In this document: one piece after another, positions 45,413-57,410 of the stretch
Numbering within the stretch: position 1 is the first letter of the stretch
Layout of the letters: every line of letters starts with the position of its first letter
NCBI RefSeq assembly: GCF_009914755.1
Contig: NC_060927.1
Length of the DNA: 64,000 nt
Origin: the human T2T-CHM13v2.0 reference genome, Homo sapiens
Strand: one strand, 5' to 3'
Program-made: the position numbers and the translations under genes
Notes under the pieces: generated by a model
What the model was told of the DNA's origin: nothing
Seen by the model: only the letters and a program-made list of their open reading frames with translations
Database searches by the model: none

Positions 45413-46419
45413 GATGAGGAAGCTGATTCTGAGCTGGGTGGTTTCACATATTTAGTCACAAATTTCATCAATGCTTGTGCCCAGTTTTAAGCCCTAGCTT
45501 GTTTAACTTCATTATGCCACTTTGTTTCCAAGGTTCCTTCCCATATATAAAGGGGGAAAAATATAAATGGGATGGCTGAGGTGAGTACATCGAAAGGGAA
45601 AGGAATTAGTCCCACTCTTTAAGTTTGGCCACATAGTTAATGAAATGGTCTTATCAATGGAGTTATCCTGTTTAAACACCAAAAGGTGCAATTTCTTCTC
45701 CATCATCCCCAATCCCCACATTCTCTGCCTCCTCCCTTCATTGCTCTTTAGCCACTAGCAGGCTAGGTAGGGTGTTCCTAATCTGCAACCGGAATGTTTC
45801 TGGTAGGAGCCATTTCTCACCCACTCTTTGTCCTCTTTTATCACTTAAAATCACGGAAGGCTCTTCTGAAAGCGGCTGGGCTTTCAAAATTGGGCTCCTT
45901 GTAACATTAAAAAATTATTAAACTCAGAAACTAATTCTGTTTTTTAATCATAAATATGAAAACTAGGAAGCAAACTGAGAAGAATGAAAGACCAAATCAG
46001 CGGATCTGAAGCAGGCCACTCTCAGGAAGACTCCTGAGGAATAATTAAGGCTAATTTTAAATATCACCTCCTGGGTATCATCATCACCATCGTTCCCAGG
46101 TACCTGTCTGAGATAGTCCATTTTGAAATAGATATACCTTAAATTATGTTAAAATGTACTAAGCACTTATTGAGCTCAGTGATCCTGAAATATGCCTAAC
46201 AATAAGCTGCCTAGTTGCCACTTATTAGCTAGGTTTATGTCTAGGAGGTCTAGGAGGGACTATGAAGAATATGAGCTGTTTAATTAGGGGTACTTGTCAT
46301 CACTAATGAACAACAAGAAATAGTTTGAAAACTTCTTTGAGATATTCACTTGCAAATGTCACCCGAATTTCAGAAAAGTACAGTCTCTGGAGTAAAGCTA
46401 TTATACACTCAGAGAGACT

Positions 46420-46560
46420 GTTGTGCTTTGCATGCGTTATATCATTTAGTCCTCAAAACATGTTGTCAAGATTGGCATTATTATCTCCATTTTAAAGATG
46501 AGAAAATTAGGTGCAAAGAGCTTCAGTAACACACTCAAACTCATTCAACAATAAATAACT
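46420..46560 (-). mobile_element. MIR SINE
   Basis: attatctccattttaaagatgagaaaattagg. Confidence 0.7.
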
Positions 46561-47339
46561 AAAAATTGTGCTATACACACTTTAAGAGTCACATGTTCCT
46601 CCCCCAAAATTATGAAAGGCCATAGAAGGAATTCAAGAAGTAGGCTTCATGACTTATCGTTTCTTCTCATCTCAGATGAATTCACTTTAATCTCTCATGC
46701 CCAAATTGTAAAATATCATTTTGATCACCGTCAATATTACACAGACCTGTTTGAATGTGCTCAGCTTTTTCAGTAAAATTAGAAGAAACCACAATTTACA
46801 AACAGGTATATGTGCATTAAGGAAAAAACAAAAAACTACCATGTGATTTTAGATATGGATGCCAATTCTTAAACATTGTTTATTATTTCTGAGCTCAAGT
46901 GCTTAGAATGTTTAAAATGCAATATATTTATGTGGATTTTTTTCCAGGATATTGGAACATATATAAAATATGCTTGTGCATATCTAAGCTTTGTATTTAT
47001 TTCAGGTTATATGTATACTGAGAAGAATATATAAACAGTGTATGATATTTACATGTTATTTCATTTTTTGAGGGAAATTAACCTCCACAATTATTAACTA
47101 TGCATAAAATGTAATGGCAGATATGACTTATATTGTATAGGACTGACTACAATTCCTCTTTAGAAATAGCTGTTCTTTGCTTTTATAATACTAGGAAAAG
47201 AGGAAAAGAGTTCTTAAAGAAATACAAGGATTCCTCAAGCCCCTCTTCCCTAAAACATGCTCTATCATATCTCCTGGATTGACTGGAATATCCTTCTCTG
47301 CCCCCACCCCATCACCCTCTCAATGCAGTGGAAAAGTCG

Positions 47340-47455
47340 GTGGGTAATTGGGTCCAGATTGGAGGTGTTTAAATATTCATGAGGCTGGCAGGGGACTGGG
47401 AGGGGGCGACTGTCTAGAATGGGGGTAGGGGCTGGGGGAAGTGATTAGTCACTGA
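47340..47455 (+). promoter_or_regulatory. GAP43: GAP43 distal core promoter (P1-like): inverted CCAAT, AT-rich TATA-like box, EGR-like site, AP-1-like site
   Basis: ATTGG at 47347-47351 and 47358-47362; TTTAAATATTCATG 47368-47381; GAGGGGGCG 47400-47408; TTAGTCA (=TGACTAA) 47445-47451; layout agrees with my recollection of the described rodent/human GAP-43 promoter. Confidence 0.7.
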
Positions 47456-47836
47456 AGGCTAGAGAACAATTCCGAGAAAGAGACGGAGAGAGAGGGAAGA
47501 AAAAGACAGATAGATAGATATTGGGGGGAAGGAGAAAAAAGGAGAAGAGAGGGAAGAGAGGACAGCGGAGAGAGAGCACCAGAGAGAGAGGGAGAGAGAG
47601 AGAGAGCGCTAGAGAGAGGGAGCGAGCATGTGCGATGAGCAATAGCTGTGGACCTTACAGTTGCTGCTAACTGCCCTGGTGTGTGTGAGGGAGAGAGAGG
47701 GAGGGAGGGAGAGAGAGCGCGCTAGCGCGAGAGAGCGAGTGAGCAAGCGAGCAGAAAAGAGGTGGAGAGGGGGGGAATAAGAAAGAGAGAGAAGGAAAGG
47801 AGAGAAGGCAGGAAGAAGGCAAGGGACGAGACAACC
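47456..47836 (+). promoter_or_regulatory. GAP43: GAP43 proximal TATA-less promoter / 5' UTR with two polypurine (GA) tracts and an E-box
   Basis: Purine-rich tracts ~47474-47625 and ~47687-47830 flank a mixed block containing CAGTTG (47658-47663), directly upstream of the ATG. Confidence 0.75.
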
Positions 47837-47866
47837 ATGCTGTGCTGTATGAGAAGAACCAAACAG
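47837..47866 (+). CDS. GAP43: GAP43 (neuromodulin/B-50) coding exon 1, N-terminal 10 aa MLCCMRRTKQ; rest of CDS lies beyond the window
   Basis: acaaccATG CTG TGC TGT ATG AGA AGA ACC AAA CAG|gtagag translates to the known GAP-43 palmitoylation/membrane-targeting N-terminus (Cys3, Cys4), followed by a phase-0 GT donor. Confidence 0.97.
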
Positions 47867-47956
47867 GTAGAGCTAAAGATTTTTTACTTCTTGCTGTTGT
47901 GAAATAACCCGAGTACAGTATTTCCCCGTAAAGGCAAACAATTTTTTTACTGCTTC

Positions 47957-47977
47957 TGCTCTGGCCGTGGTGCTCGC
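47957..47977 (-). promoter_or_regulatory. Candidate RE1/NRSE (REST-binding) element in intron 1
   Basis: Minus strand GCGAGCACCACGGCCAGAGCA matches 15/21 of TTCAGCACCACGGACAGCGCC with canonical half-site spacing. Confidence 0.5.
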
Positions 47978-50900
47978 GCTTCCTTAGCATATGGTAACTG
48001 ATGGTTGCATCCCAGCTTTTATTCTTTTCTGTCTTTCATGCTCTGGTTTTGGAATGCTGCTACTAATTAGGGTGAGGGTAGAAAAAACATGCCTGTTTGG
48101 CTAGAAATAATTTTTTTTTTTCTTATTAGTGAATGCTCAGCATTTGAGGTCTCTGGTCTTGAGGGTGTGGACGTAGAAAGGGGTGTGGGGGAGATGATGT
48201 GGGCTCTACCTACAAGATGGGGAGGCATTTCTTTATATTATTTGCAAAAAAGCAGGGTTGAGGAAATAATATTCAGAACTGAGTATTGCCTCTCTGTCAT
48301 ACAATTTTCTCACATGTGCTGCGGAAGATGCCTTATTTCGTGCATGCATGAGCTTCGAAGGGGCGCAGGTATTTATGGAAAAACGTGCAGGTCTTATTTA
48401 TTTAGTATTTATTTTTCAATGAATGAATGAAACTGTGATTTGATAGATTTTTTTTTTTTTTAAGAGAAGCTAAGACAACTGGGGCTGGGGGAGAAATTGG
48501 CCATGCAGAAGGAGAAAATCCCCTTCCTAAGATCAGCAGCCGATTGTGCACCAGCTGGTCGGAGGAGAGGGTGGACCACGCCCCTAGGAGCTCCGATGGG
48601 ATGGGAAAGACAGCCGGGTATTACCTGTTGGAAACCAGGTCTTTTCTCTTATCCCCTTCCCTTGCTTCTTTCCTGGGATTGTCAGTGACCAGAGACAGGC
48701 TAACATCCTGGATAATAAGTATGGTGACTCATTTTCATCAGGAAGAGGGACACATCCAAGATTAGCAAGAATCAGAGCCCCTCCTTCCCTCCCCCACTGC
48801 CCAGGTTTTACAGCCATTTCCAATTGCTCGCTTATTTCTTGAAAGACATTTTAGAAACTTGATTGGGGTGAGAGTGGGAAGGAATGACGAGTGTGGTATT
48901 CCGCAGCAACCGACCATGCCATGGCAGTCTCCAAAAGAAGCTTTCAAACATTTGTTGGAATGCATTTGAGTGATTTTGGCAAAGGTTAAAGAGAAAAATG
49001 GGTGTGGGATACGGGTGAGTGTGTGCGTATGCTTGACTGTGGTGGGGGTGGGGGTGTGGTGGGGGCAATCTTGGTCAAAGAAGCCCTTCGCAGACTGATT
49101 GCCTTAGGGGTGGGGTGCAAGAGATGGAATTTGGGTATAATTTCCAGTGCAGGTATTGGAAATTGGGCAATTTGTAATACACTCCCTGAATCCGAAGGGG
49201 GTGGAAGAGAGTGGAGAAGAAACAGCCTGCCAGCTTAGCACATTTAGCCAGCGCCCTGGAAGGAAGGGTGGGGAGTGAGGATGAAGGAGAAGGAGCAGGA
49301 AGAGGATGGGAGACTGAAGCAGAATGTCAGAGCAGTGGGAGTAGAGATTTGGCATAAATAAATAAATAAATAAATAAGCAGACATCCTGGATTGTGTGGG
49401 GCTATTTGGGGGAAAAAGTCGGATAGTGGGGGATTGAGTTGGGGGCGGTATTTGCAGCATCTCCTGAAACTGCCCTATGGTTACAGAGATTGATGCTTCC
49501 ATTGGCTCATTTTATCAAACCAGGGCATTTTCTCTCTGTGTCCTCCTTCATTTTAATATATAAATGTAATAAATACAGGTGTCTGGGTTAAGAACACTGT
49601 CAAAGAAAAGTCCTGAGGTTATTTCACTGGTGAGCTGGGGAAATAACATTTAGGAAGGTGGAGCACTAAGTAAGCCAAAGCCATCCACTTAAAAAGCTTT
49701 AATTTTGGAAAGAAAAATATTCAGGTTCATAATTTGTTCCCACCCTATGTGTACATATGCAAGTATACATACATCTCCTTTAATAAAGGAAATCATGTAT
49801 GATTTTTAGAAAAGGAATTAGGGCTAAAGGAATTCCCTTCCCAAAATGAAGACAGCTGCCTTCCCTGGGGCTCTATCTCACCAACAGCCCCAAGCATTCA
49901 CTCTGATGTGCAAAGTGATGAAGCTGAAATTGTGTTTAGAGTTGTAGAAATTCGCATGTAAATGTATACAGCATCCACATACTTCATATGCTACAGTTGC
50001 ATGTGTAAGTGGTTTCCACATGCCTCTCTGTGTTTTAGCATCATTTATATTCAAGAGAAAATTAAAGGTATAGAAATTGTCCTACTTTGCTCATGCATTT
50101 TATAAATGTGTACTTCTGTGTGAAATGGTCATGTCTCTTATAAACCACTGTTGTGTATCATTCACATTAGCCAGTATTTAGGATACCATTCAATCAGACT
50201 AAAGGAAATGGTGTATTCAGGGCGTGGGCTCACACTACACTGACTGGCATTTATGTAGCATGAGTACTTAAGTCTCACGCAGGTTGCCTGCTTGTGGATG
50301 AAATTCTGTATCATTTATGACAAAATCCAGTGGTGCCCATCCTTCTGCTGGCATCTATTCATCATCGTAGTACTTAACAGGGAATAAAACAAGGGCAAAA
50401 ACCTGCAAAGGTCTAAGCTCTGCCACACCCATAAAATCCAGCAGAAACGTGGGAGGGGGGCTGAAGGGCTTGCACTTCCTTCCTCTTCCACTTGAGCGGC
50501 ATAAAGAAGCAACCTTGGATTTCTAAGTTGGAATACATTGCCAGTGGGTGAGAAGAAAGCATAAATGATCTCTATTAGCCATTAGTTATCACTATAGATT
50601 ATTATAGCAGGAAGAAGAGAATGAGAGTGGGGTAGAGATGAGAATATGGTAAAGGAGTGGGCAAAGGAGGAATAAAATAAAATAATCCCTAATATTGTAT
50701 TGCCTTATGATTTTCAAATATCTTGGGGCTTACTTTAAATAGCTTAATTGCCATGTGTATTGCAGATGATTAAAAACTTGGCAAGGTGTGATTTATGTCT
50801 ACAAAGCAAGAAAACTATGAGGTGTTTCTTTTGTTGAAAAATAATGACTTTAGTTTGTAATTGAAGTGTAAAGAATTTCATGCAAGCAAGTAGTCCCTCT

Positions 50901-52259
50901 ACTCCCCAGCCCCCCATCCATGCCAATATCTGCTTTTTTCCTCATGCAACAAATAAATCTTATCTCTGAGAGTGTGATCTGTGGTTTAAAATTCCGACCT
51001 CTCTGCCTTTCCTTGCAGTGTTGGGAAGGTGTGGAAGGATGCTGCCTTGCTGCTTGGTGCAGGCGATTCTTCCTAGTGATAAATTGGATTCCTCCCAAAT
51101 CTCTCTGAGCCACACCCAGTGTCACTCAGGGACTTAGTGAATTAATTAAGCTGAGCCATTTTACTTAATATAATTGAAGCTTCTCGTTCTTTTTTTTTTT
51201 TTTAATAGTGATTTTCACCACAGGTTTCCAAATTTAAACAGAAAAAATATTTGAAGGGCATTTTCTTTCTTTTTTCTTTCTTTTTTTTTTTTTTGCCAAA
51301 TTATCTGGACTTGCAGAGAACCTTAGAAAATTCATGGTGAGTCTAGAAAGTGTTCATTTCTGGTGACTCTATAATTCCTTCTAACCCATGCCAGGGCGCA
51401 TACACAATGAGCCCTGATCTCTCCTGCTGACAGAGTCTGTGTAACTCTCTTCCCCACCCCCTCCCCTACCAACCCATGCTGAGGCAACTGGAATAAGAAA
51501 ATGCAGAGTTAATTTTCTTTCTTGCTGAGCTGGCAAAACTACAGAAACCTCCTTTGATGTTTCAAGCTAAAGGGCAGTACTCCTGTTCACCGAGAGGGAG
51601 AGTGGCTTGGGGTCTCCTTTGCCTCTGTCATAGTGAAATTGCCAGTGTTATTCCTGGGGCTGAATTAATCCACAGACTTCAGAATTTTACCTGGCCCCAT
51701 AAGGAAGGGTACTGGGGTTCTTTCAGGCAAGAATAGAGCATATATATTAACCAATCGTATTGATAAAGTAAGACAAGTCTTCCTCTATTAATAGTTCAAA
51801 GAATGCACATAACCAGGTCATCTCAAGAGAAGGTATAGCAGCATTTAACTATTCACTTCCCTATTAGTATTAATAAAGGCATTAGGGCAACCAAGCAGTG
51901 GCTGTTGCAAACCAAAGAAGTGATTTCATACAGGAATTCTCCCTTTTCAATTTGTGAAGTGTGGTCAGGTGGCTTTTGTACCTTTGTAATTAAATCTTCA
52001 TAACATTTTCAGAAGTGTTGGGAAGAATATTATACTGTGAGTCCTTAGTGGAGGCCACTTACTGACTGTGAGCTTTAATAAACCACATCACCTTGGGTTT
52101 CAGTTTCCTTCTGTAGAATGAAGAGTAAAAACCAAAAACCAGACACAAATGAACACTTTGCTTACCTTAAGGATTTTTGTAGGGCTTAAACATACTTGAT
52201 GTGAAAATAAAGATCAATATAAGAAATTTTTATTCTCCCCAAGTTTTGCAATTTGAGGC

Positions 52260-53930
52260 TTGTCTTAGAGGCCCCAGTTTTGCAGGATGATCTAGTGCCT
52301 GCTGTGTCTACCTTTCCCTGTTAGAGATGAGTTCCTTCTAGTCTTAGTTGAGCCTTCTGCTTGTGCTCTTGCTCCTCCCCCCGTGTTTTCCCCAGAGCCC
52401 CAGTCCCTCATGCCCTGCTCTTTCTTGAGATTTCATCTTCTTGTGCTGCACTGGCTCCTTTCCTTATAGTTTATGAATATGCTTTTGCCTCATCTATCTT
52501 AAAAGATTCTCTCCTGACTCTATGTCCCCATCTCTATAGTTCTCTGTCTCACTCTCCCTTTAGAACAAAGTTCCAAGTACTCTCCACCCTCATTTTCTCC
52601 TCTTCTTCACTCCCCATTCACTATTCCATCTAGTTTAATTTGGCTTTGATTTTCATAATTTCACTGAAAAACATATTCTGAAAGGGTGTCACATCCAGTG
52701 ACCCTTCATTTTACATCTTATTTGATGTCTCTTTGGCATTTTGTGTTGTTGTCAATCCCTGTTCCTGAAACTGTCCCCTTACTGGGTCTGCATGATATTA
52801 ATAGCTCTCCTTATTCTCCCTCTCAGATAAGACCCTGCTCAGTCTCCTTATAGGCTTCTCTTGCTCTCTTCACCCACCTCCCCAAATCTATGATCTCCTG
52901 GATCATAATCTTCATTCATTCCACTCTTCTCGTTTGACTCACTAATCCTAGGTGATCTCATCAGGTCATCCACGTCCAAATCTTTAGCCACCTGTGTGAT
53001 TTCCAGATCTGTAGATCAGATGTCTGTTTTTAGCTTCTGATCCATAGTTATCTTGGTCTAAGTGCTTCATTTCAGAGACAAGTTTGTTAGGTACAAAACC
53101 CAACTCAGTGTCTTCTGTTGTGTATCACACTTGATCTTCCTCACTACAATTATTGCTCTGATACTGTCCATCCAGCCTCAGAGCTCTAGGAACCTGAGAG
53201 TAATCCTGAATGTATTTTATTTCAACTCCCATATCCAGTTTCTAAATCCTTTGATTCCTTGATTCTTGTTTAAAAGATTGAATAAATCCTCTGCTTTTCT
53301 ACCCTGTTTATATAAATAACCTGGCACAGACTTTTCATGACTACTCATCTGGACAAAAGCAGTAACTTTCTATGTGGAGTTCTACCACCACATTGTTCTT
53401 TAGTTTACCTTGCAAATAACACCACAGCTATCTTTACAAAATGCAAATCGGGTTTTGTTATTTTCTTTGTTAAAATATAAACTCTTCAGCATCAATGACA
53501 CAATCTAGTTTTGCCTGCTTTTCTAGTGCCAAATTCCAACAGCCCCCCTGCTCTTTTTTTTTTTTTTTACCTGATGACACCATGCCAAGATTTCAGGCCT
53601 TGGTGCCTTCGCTTGTACTCCACTCTCTGCCCATGTTACCCTTCCCTCTCAGCCTGAAATATTCCCACTTTCCCTGCAAGAGTTAGCTCTTTGAAGCCAT
53701 TCTTAACCTTCCTAATTAAGTTTTCTTCTACCTTCTTTTTGCCCATGCTGTATTTTGTACTATCTCTATTATCACTTATTGCACTATTTGACATTTATTT
53801 TTTCACATTCTGGTGTCTACCCTGTGAGCTTCTTGGGGAAAAGGATGAAAACATAATTCTTGTTTTATCTCTACCATAATACTTGGTACATAAAATAACT
53901 CATGTTAACCATGAATAATCTGTTTGCTAA
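52260..53930 (+). mobile_element. L2 LINE relic
   Basis: Pyrimidine-rich L2 body; tgtgagcttcttgggg..cttggtacataaaataactc 3' end. Confidence 0.7.
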
Positions 53931-55409
53931 ATAAATATGGAACCAGGTTTATAGTCTTTTCACAGGCTGTAGCATATCTAAATGGATAGAATCACTAGGA
54001 GATTTTTAAAAAAATGTCTTGGCATGAAATTTTAAAGTGGAACTGATCATCAGTGATTCTTGTTATTCACTTATAGACATGACAGCCATCAGTTTTTAAT
54101 AAAAGCAGCCACAAAATGAACCCATTTATAGACTGTATTTCTCTGAACTCTCATAGCTGGCACTATCTCCCCTCCATGTCCTCCTCGTCCAACAACCAAC
54201 ATTACAGCCCCACCCTCTCTGGTTACCACAACTCTGGATCTTCACATGCCCTTACTTTGAGGCTCCAAGTACTTGCACTCACTGCTTTGCTTCACAACTC
54301 TTACAAATAGACCGTAAATCAATCTGTGTGATCCATGAAATAAATCAACTAAGAGTAGCAATATTTTTTTCTTTAAATGCATGTAGTGCTGGCCTGTGCT
54401 TAGGTGTGTGTGCTCAAAAATTAATTTTACCTTCATTTGGATTTCTTTTCTTCCCTCTGAAGTATCCACATAATAATATTTCACAAAGATAAATCATGAT
54501 TGGAGGTATAGGGAGGGTGAATGGTAAGTAGTCCCTCAAATGACTGTTAAAGGAATGTTAGTACCAGATGAATTGGATTTTTCTTAGGTTTAAATAGACT
54601 GAAGGGACTTGGGTTCTGAAGTAGTCCTATTGTGCCCAGCATGGAACAAATTGCAACCACTGTTTTCCATGAAAACACTCTTGCCAGACGCTAAGTAGTG
54701 TATTTTCTCTGACTGAATTGGCATGTCCTTGAGAACAGCAGAAAGACTAAATAATTTGTAAGTGAAGTTTGTCTTCAACTGGTAAGGTTCAGTAGTATTT
54801 GTCAATTGCCATACCCTCACTTGATATCTTGCTTACTGCTCCCAATCTCTTTGGCATTGAGTTTTTCTATTATTTTCTCCTCCTGTCAGACCCAGGTAGA
54901 GTTTTTCTGATTAAGTAATACCAGTTCATGTTAGTGTTTAGTGGGTGAGGCTATGGAAGGAGAACTTTAAGAAAAAGTGTGTTTCTTCAAACTTTCTAAA
55001 AAGTACTTATAGACAAAACAGGTATTTTAAGCTATGTCTGGCACATCTTAGATTCTCAATAAATATTTGTTGAAGTAATAAATGTAGGAAGGGAGGGAGC
55101 ATCATGATGGGTCATTAGGGGAGATGTTCTGGGACAGACGACCATTTCTGATTACTTATTCAGCGTGGGCTTTGTGTAAATGCAAGCTCAGCTCTATTGG
55201 TCCCCCTCACAAGGTGGATGTAGTCAAAGTTCAATTCCCTCTCCTGTCTGCTTAGATCAGAGAGACACACTTGCAGTCATTTCATTCAGGTTTAGCACGG
55301 GAATGTGATCTTCCAGATTTCCTATCCTTAATTATTTACAGATCTTATTTTCTTAGATGTTGTTTGTTTAATGTCCTGTTTCATGTCTTTGTAGTGGAAT
55401 AAATCCTTT

Positions 55410-55635
55410 CCCTGGGTTCTAGACCTGGTTCTGCCAATTGCTTGTCATGTGATGTTGGGTAAGTAATTTAACCTTTCTGAGCCTAGTATATTCATCTGTG
55501 TAGTGGGTACATAAAAAGAACCTCCAAATCCTGTCTTACCTTTTCTTCTTAAAATTAGGTTGGTGTGAGTCTCAAATAAAGAGATAACAATAAAAGTGTT
55601 TTGCAAACAATGTGTTTTTGAAATGTAAGTATTAT
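55410..55635 (+). mobile_element. MIR SINE
   Basis: ctgggttctagacctggttctgcca..aagtaatttaacctttctgagcc. Confidence 0.7.
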
Positions 55636-55766
55636 TAATTAAGGAATTTCATAGATCGAGCACTAAAGTATTCATGGCTCTAAGCAAACAAGAAGTACTC
55701 TTGCTCTCTGTATAGAATACACACATTCCCCATTTCCACCTGATTCCCATACTCTACAGAGTAAAT

Positions 55767-56148
<382 letters not shown>

Positions 56149-57331
56149 TAAGCCAATATTCAAAGTGTTACAAGACCCAAGGATCACTTCAAATGCATTA
56201 GAAATACCCACTGTTTTTCTTTTTATCTTTTTCTGTTTTAGTCTTTTCCTCACATTTAGATCTCTTTTCTTCTCCATTTGCTAAGTTTGCTGCCTCCCCC
56301 TCTATACCCACCCCCACTTCACCTCCAAACTGGGTTCTCAGCACTAAGATGGCCAGGCATGCTGTGCTCACATCCATCACATGAGGGCCCAGTCAGGCAG
56401 AAGAGTGGAGAGAAAATGCAGGGCTGGTTGGGAGACTGAAAATGTAGATACAGTTTGGTTGGGGGAAGCACATTTCAAAGATGATCCCTTGATCACCATT
56501 TCCACAACCTGACTTCAGGGCTCCTCAATACAACAGGAATAAACCTTGATTAGAGAGGTGATATGTAATCCTAAACCTTTCCAAACTCAACTCTAAATGC
56601 CATAATCTTTTGAGCCCTCAAGATCTCCACAAAGGACATTATAGTTCTTCTGTGTCCCTGGGCATGACTGGGATAAATTACCACTTTAAAACAACAAAAT
56701 TTAACAGATTCTCCTATAAGCACAGAATTCTACAAACCAAAGAAACTGAGTTTTTAAACATATGGATAACATTTAGAAATACTTTAAAGTATAATAACTG
56801 GATCAAGTTAGTCTAAGAAATCCTATTTTTCCTAGAAGCCAAAAGTTTAGCATAAAAAAATTAGTATTGTACATATTTTCCCAAAATACTTTTATACAAA
56901 GGGCTCATGTAGACTGCAATAGAAAGGTGTGTTAACTAGAAATTTGAAAATAAACTGGTGTCCAGAAGGAAATAATGATTTCTTTAATTATATTTATATT
57001 TGGTTAATGGTATCACCTTTAAACTTTCACTCTAGCTACATCCCTTTCTCCCTGTTTCTTTCTTCTTCTGCCTCAGAACACACTACTTCTATTATATATG
57101 CGTTTTTTGATTGGGAACAAGTATCCAAAACCAACTTTAAGAGTCTATAAAAGGAATTTATTGGAAAAAGAAAAAAAGCAGCGATCATATGAAATTAGTA
57201 AGTTGAACAACGAAGCCTATGGGAACCAGGGTAGAATTTCAATAACAGGAATTCATAAACTCTTTCTGGGGCCCTGCATCAAAAAAGACTCAGTTATTAA
57301 TAATCCCAGCTACAATTCAAATTTTAAATGA

Positions 57332-57410
57332 TGAGAGAGAAAGAGAGAGATAAGAGAGAGACAGACAAAGGGAGAGAGGGACAGAGGGAGAGAGACAGAG
57401 AGAGAGAGAA
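57332..57410. repeat. (GA)n-rich low-complexity tract
   Basis: Directly visible. Confidence 0.85.

Noticed and set aside
47600-47980. Possible CpG island
   Set aside because: CpGs are only locally clustered; the region is purine-skewed rather than a long CpG-rich island
47445-47990. Antisense ORFs over the GAP43 promoter and exon 1
   Set aside because: Leu/Ser/Pro low-complexity shadows of the GA tracts
49233-49256. Second RE1-like string (ttagcacatttagccagcgcc)
   Set aside because: Wrong half-site spacing and mismatches in both cores
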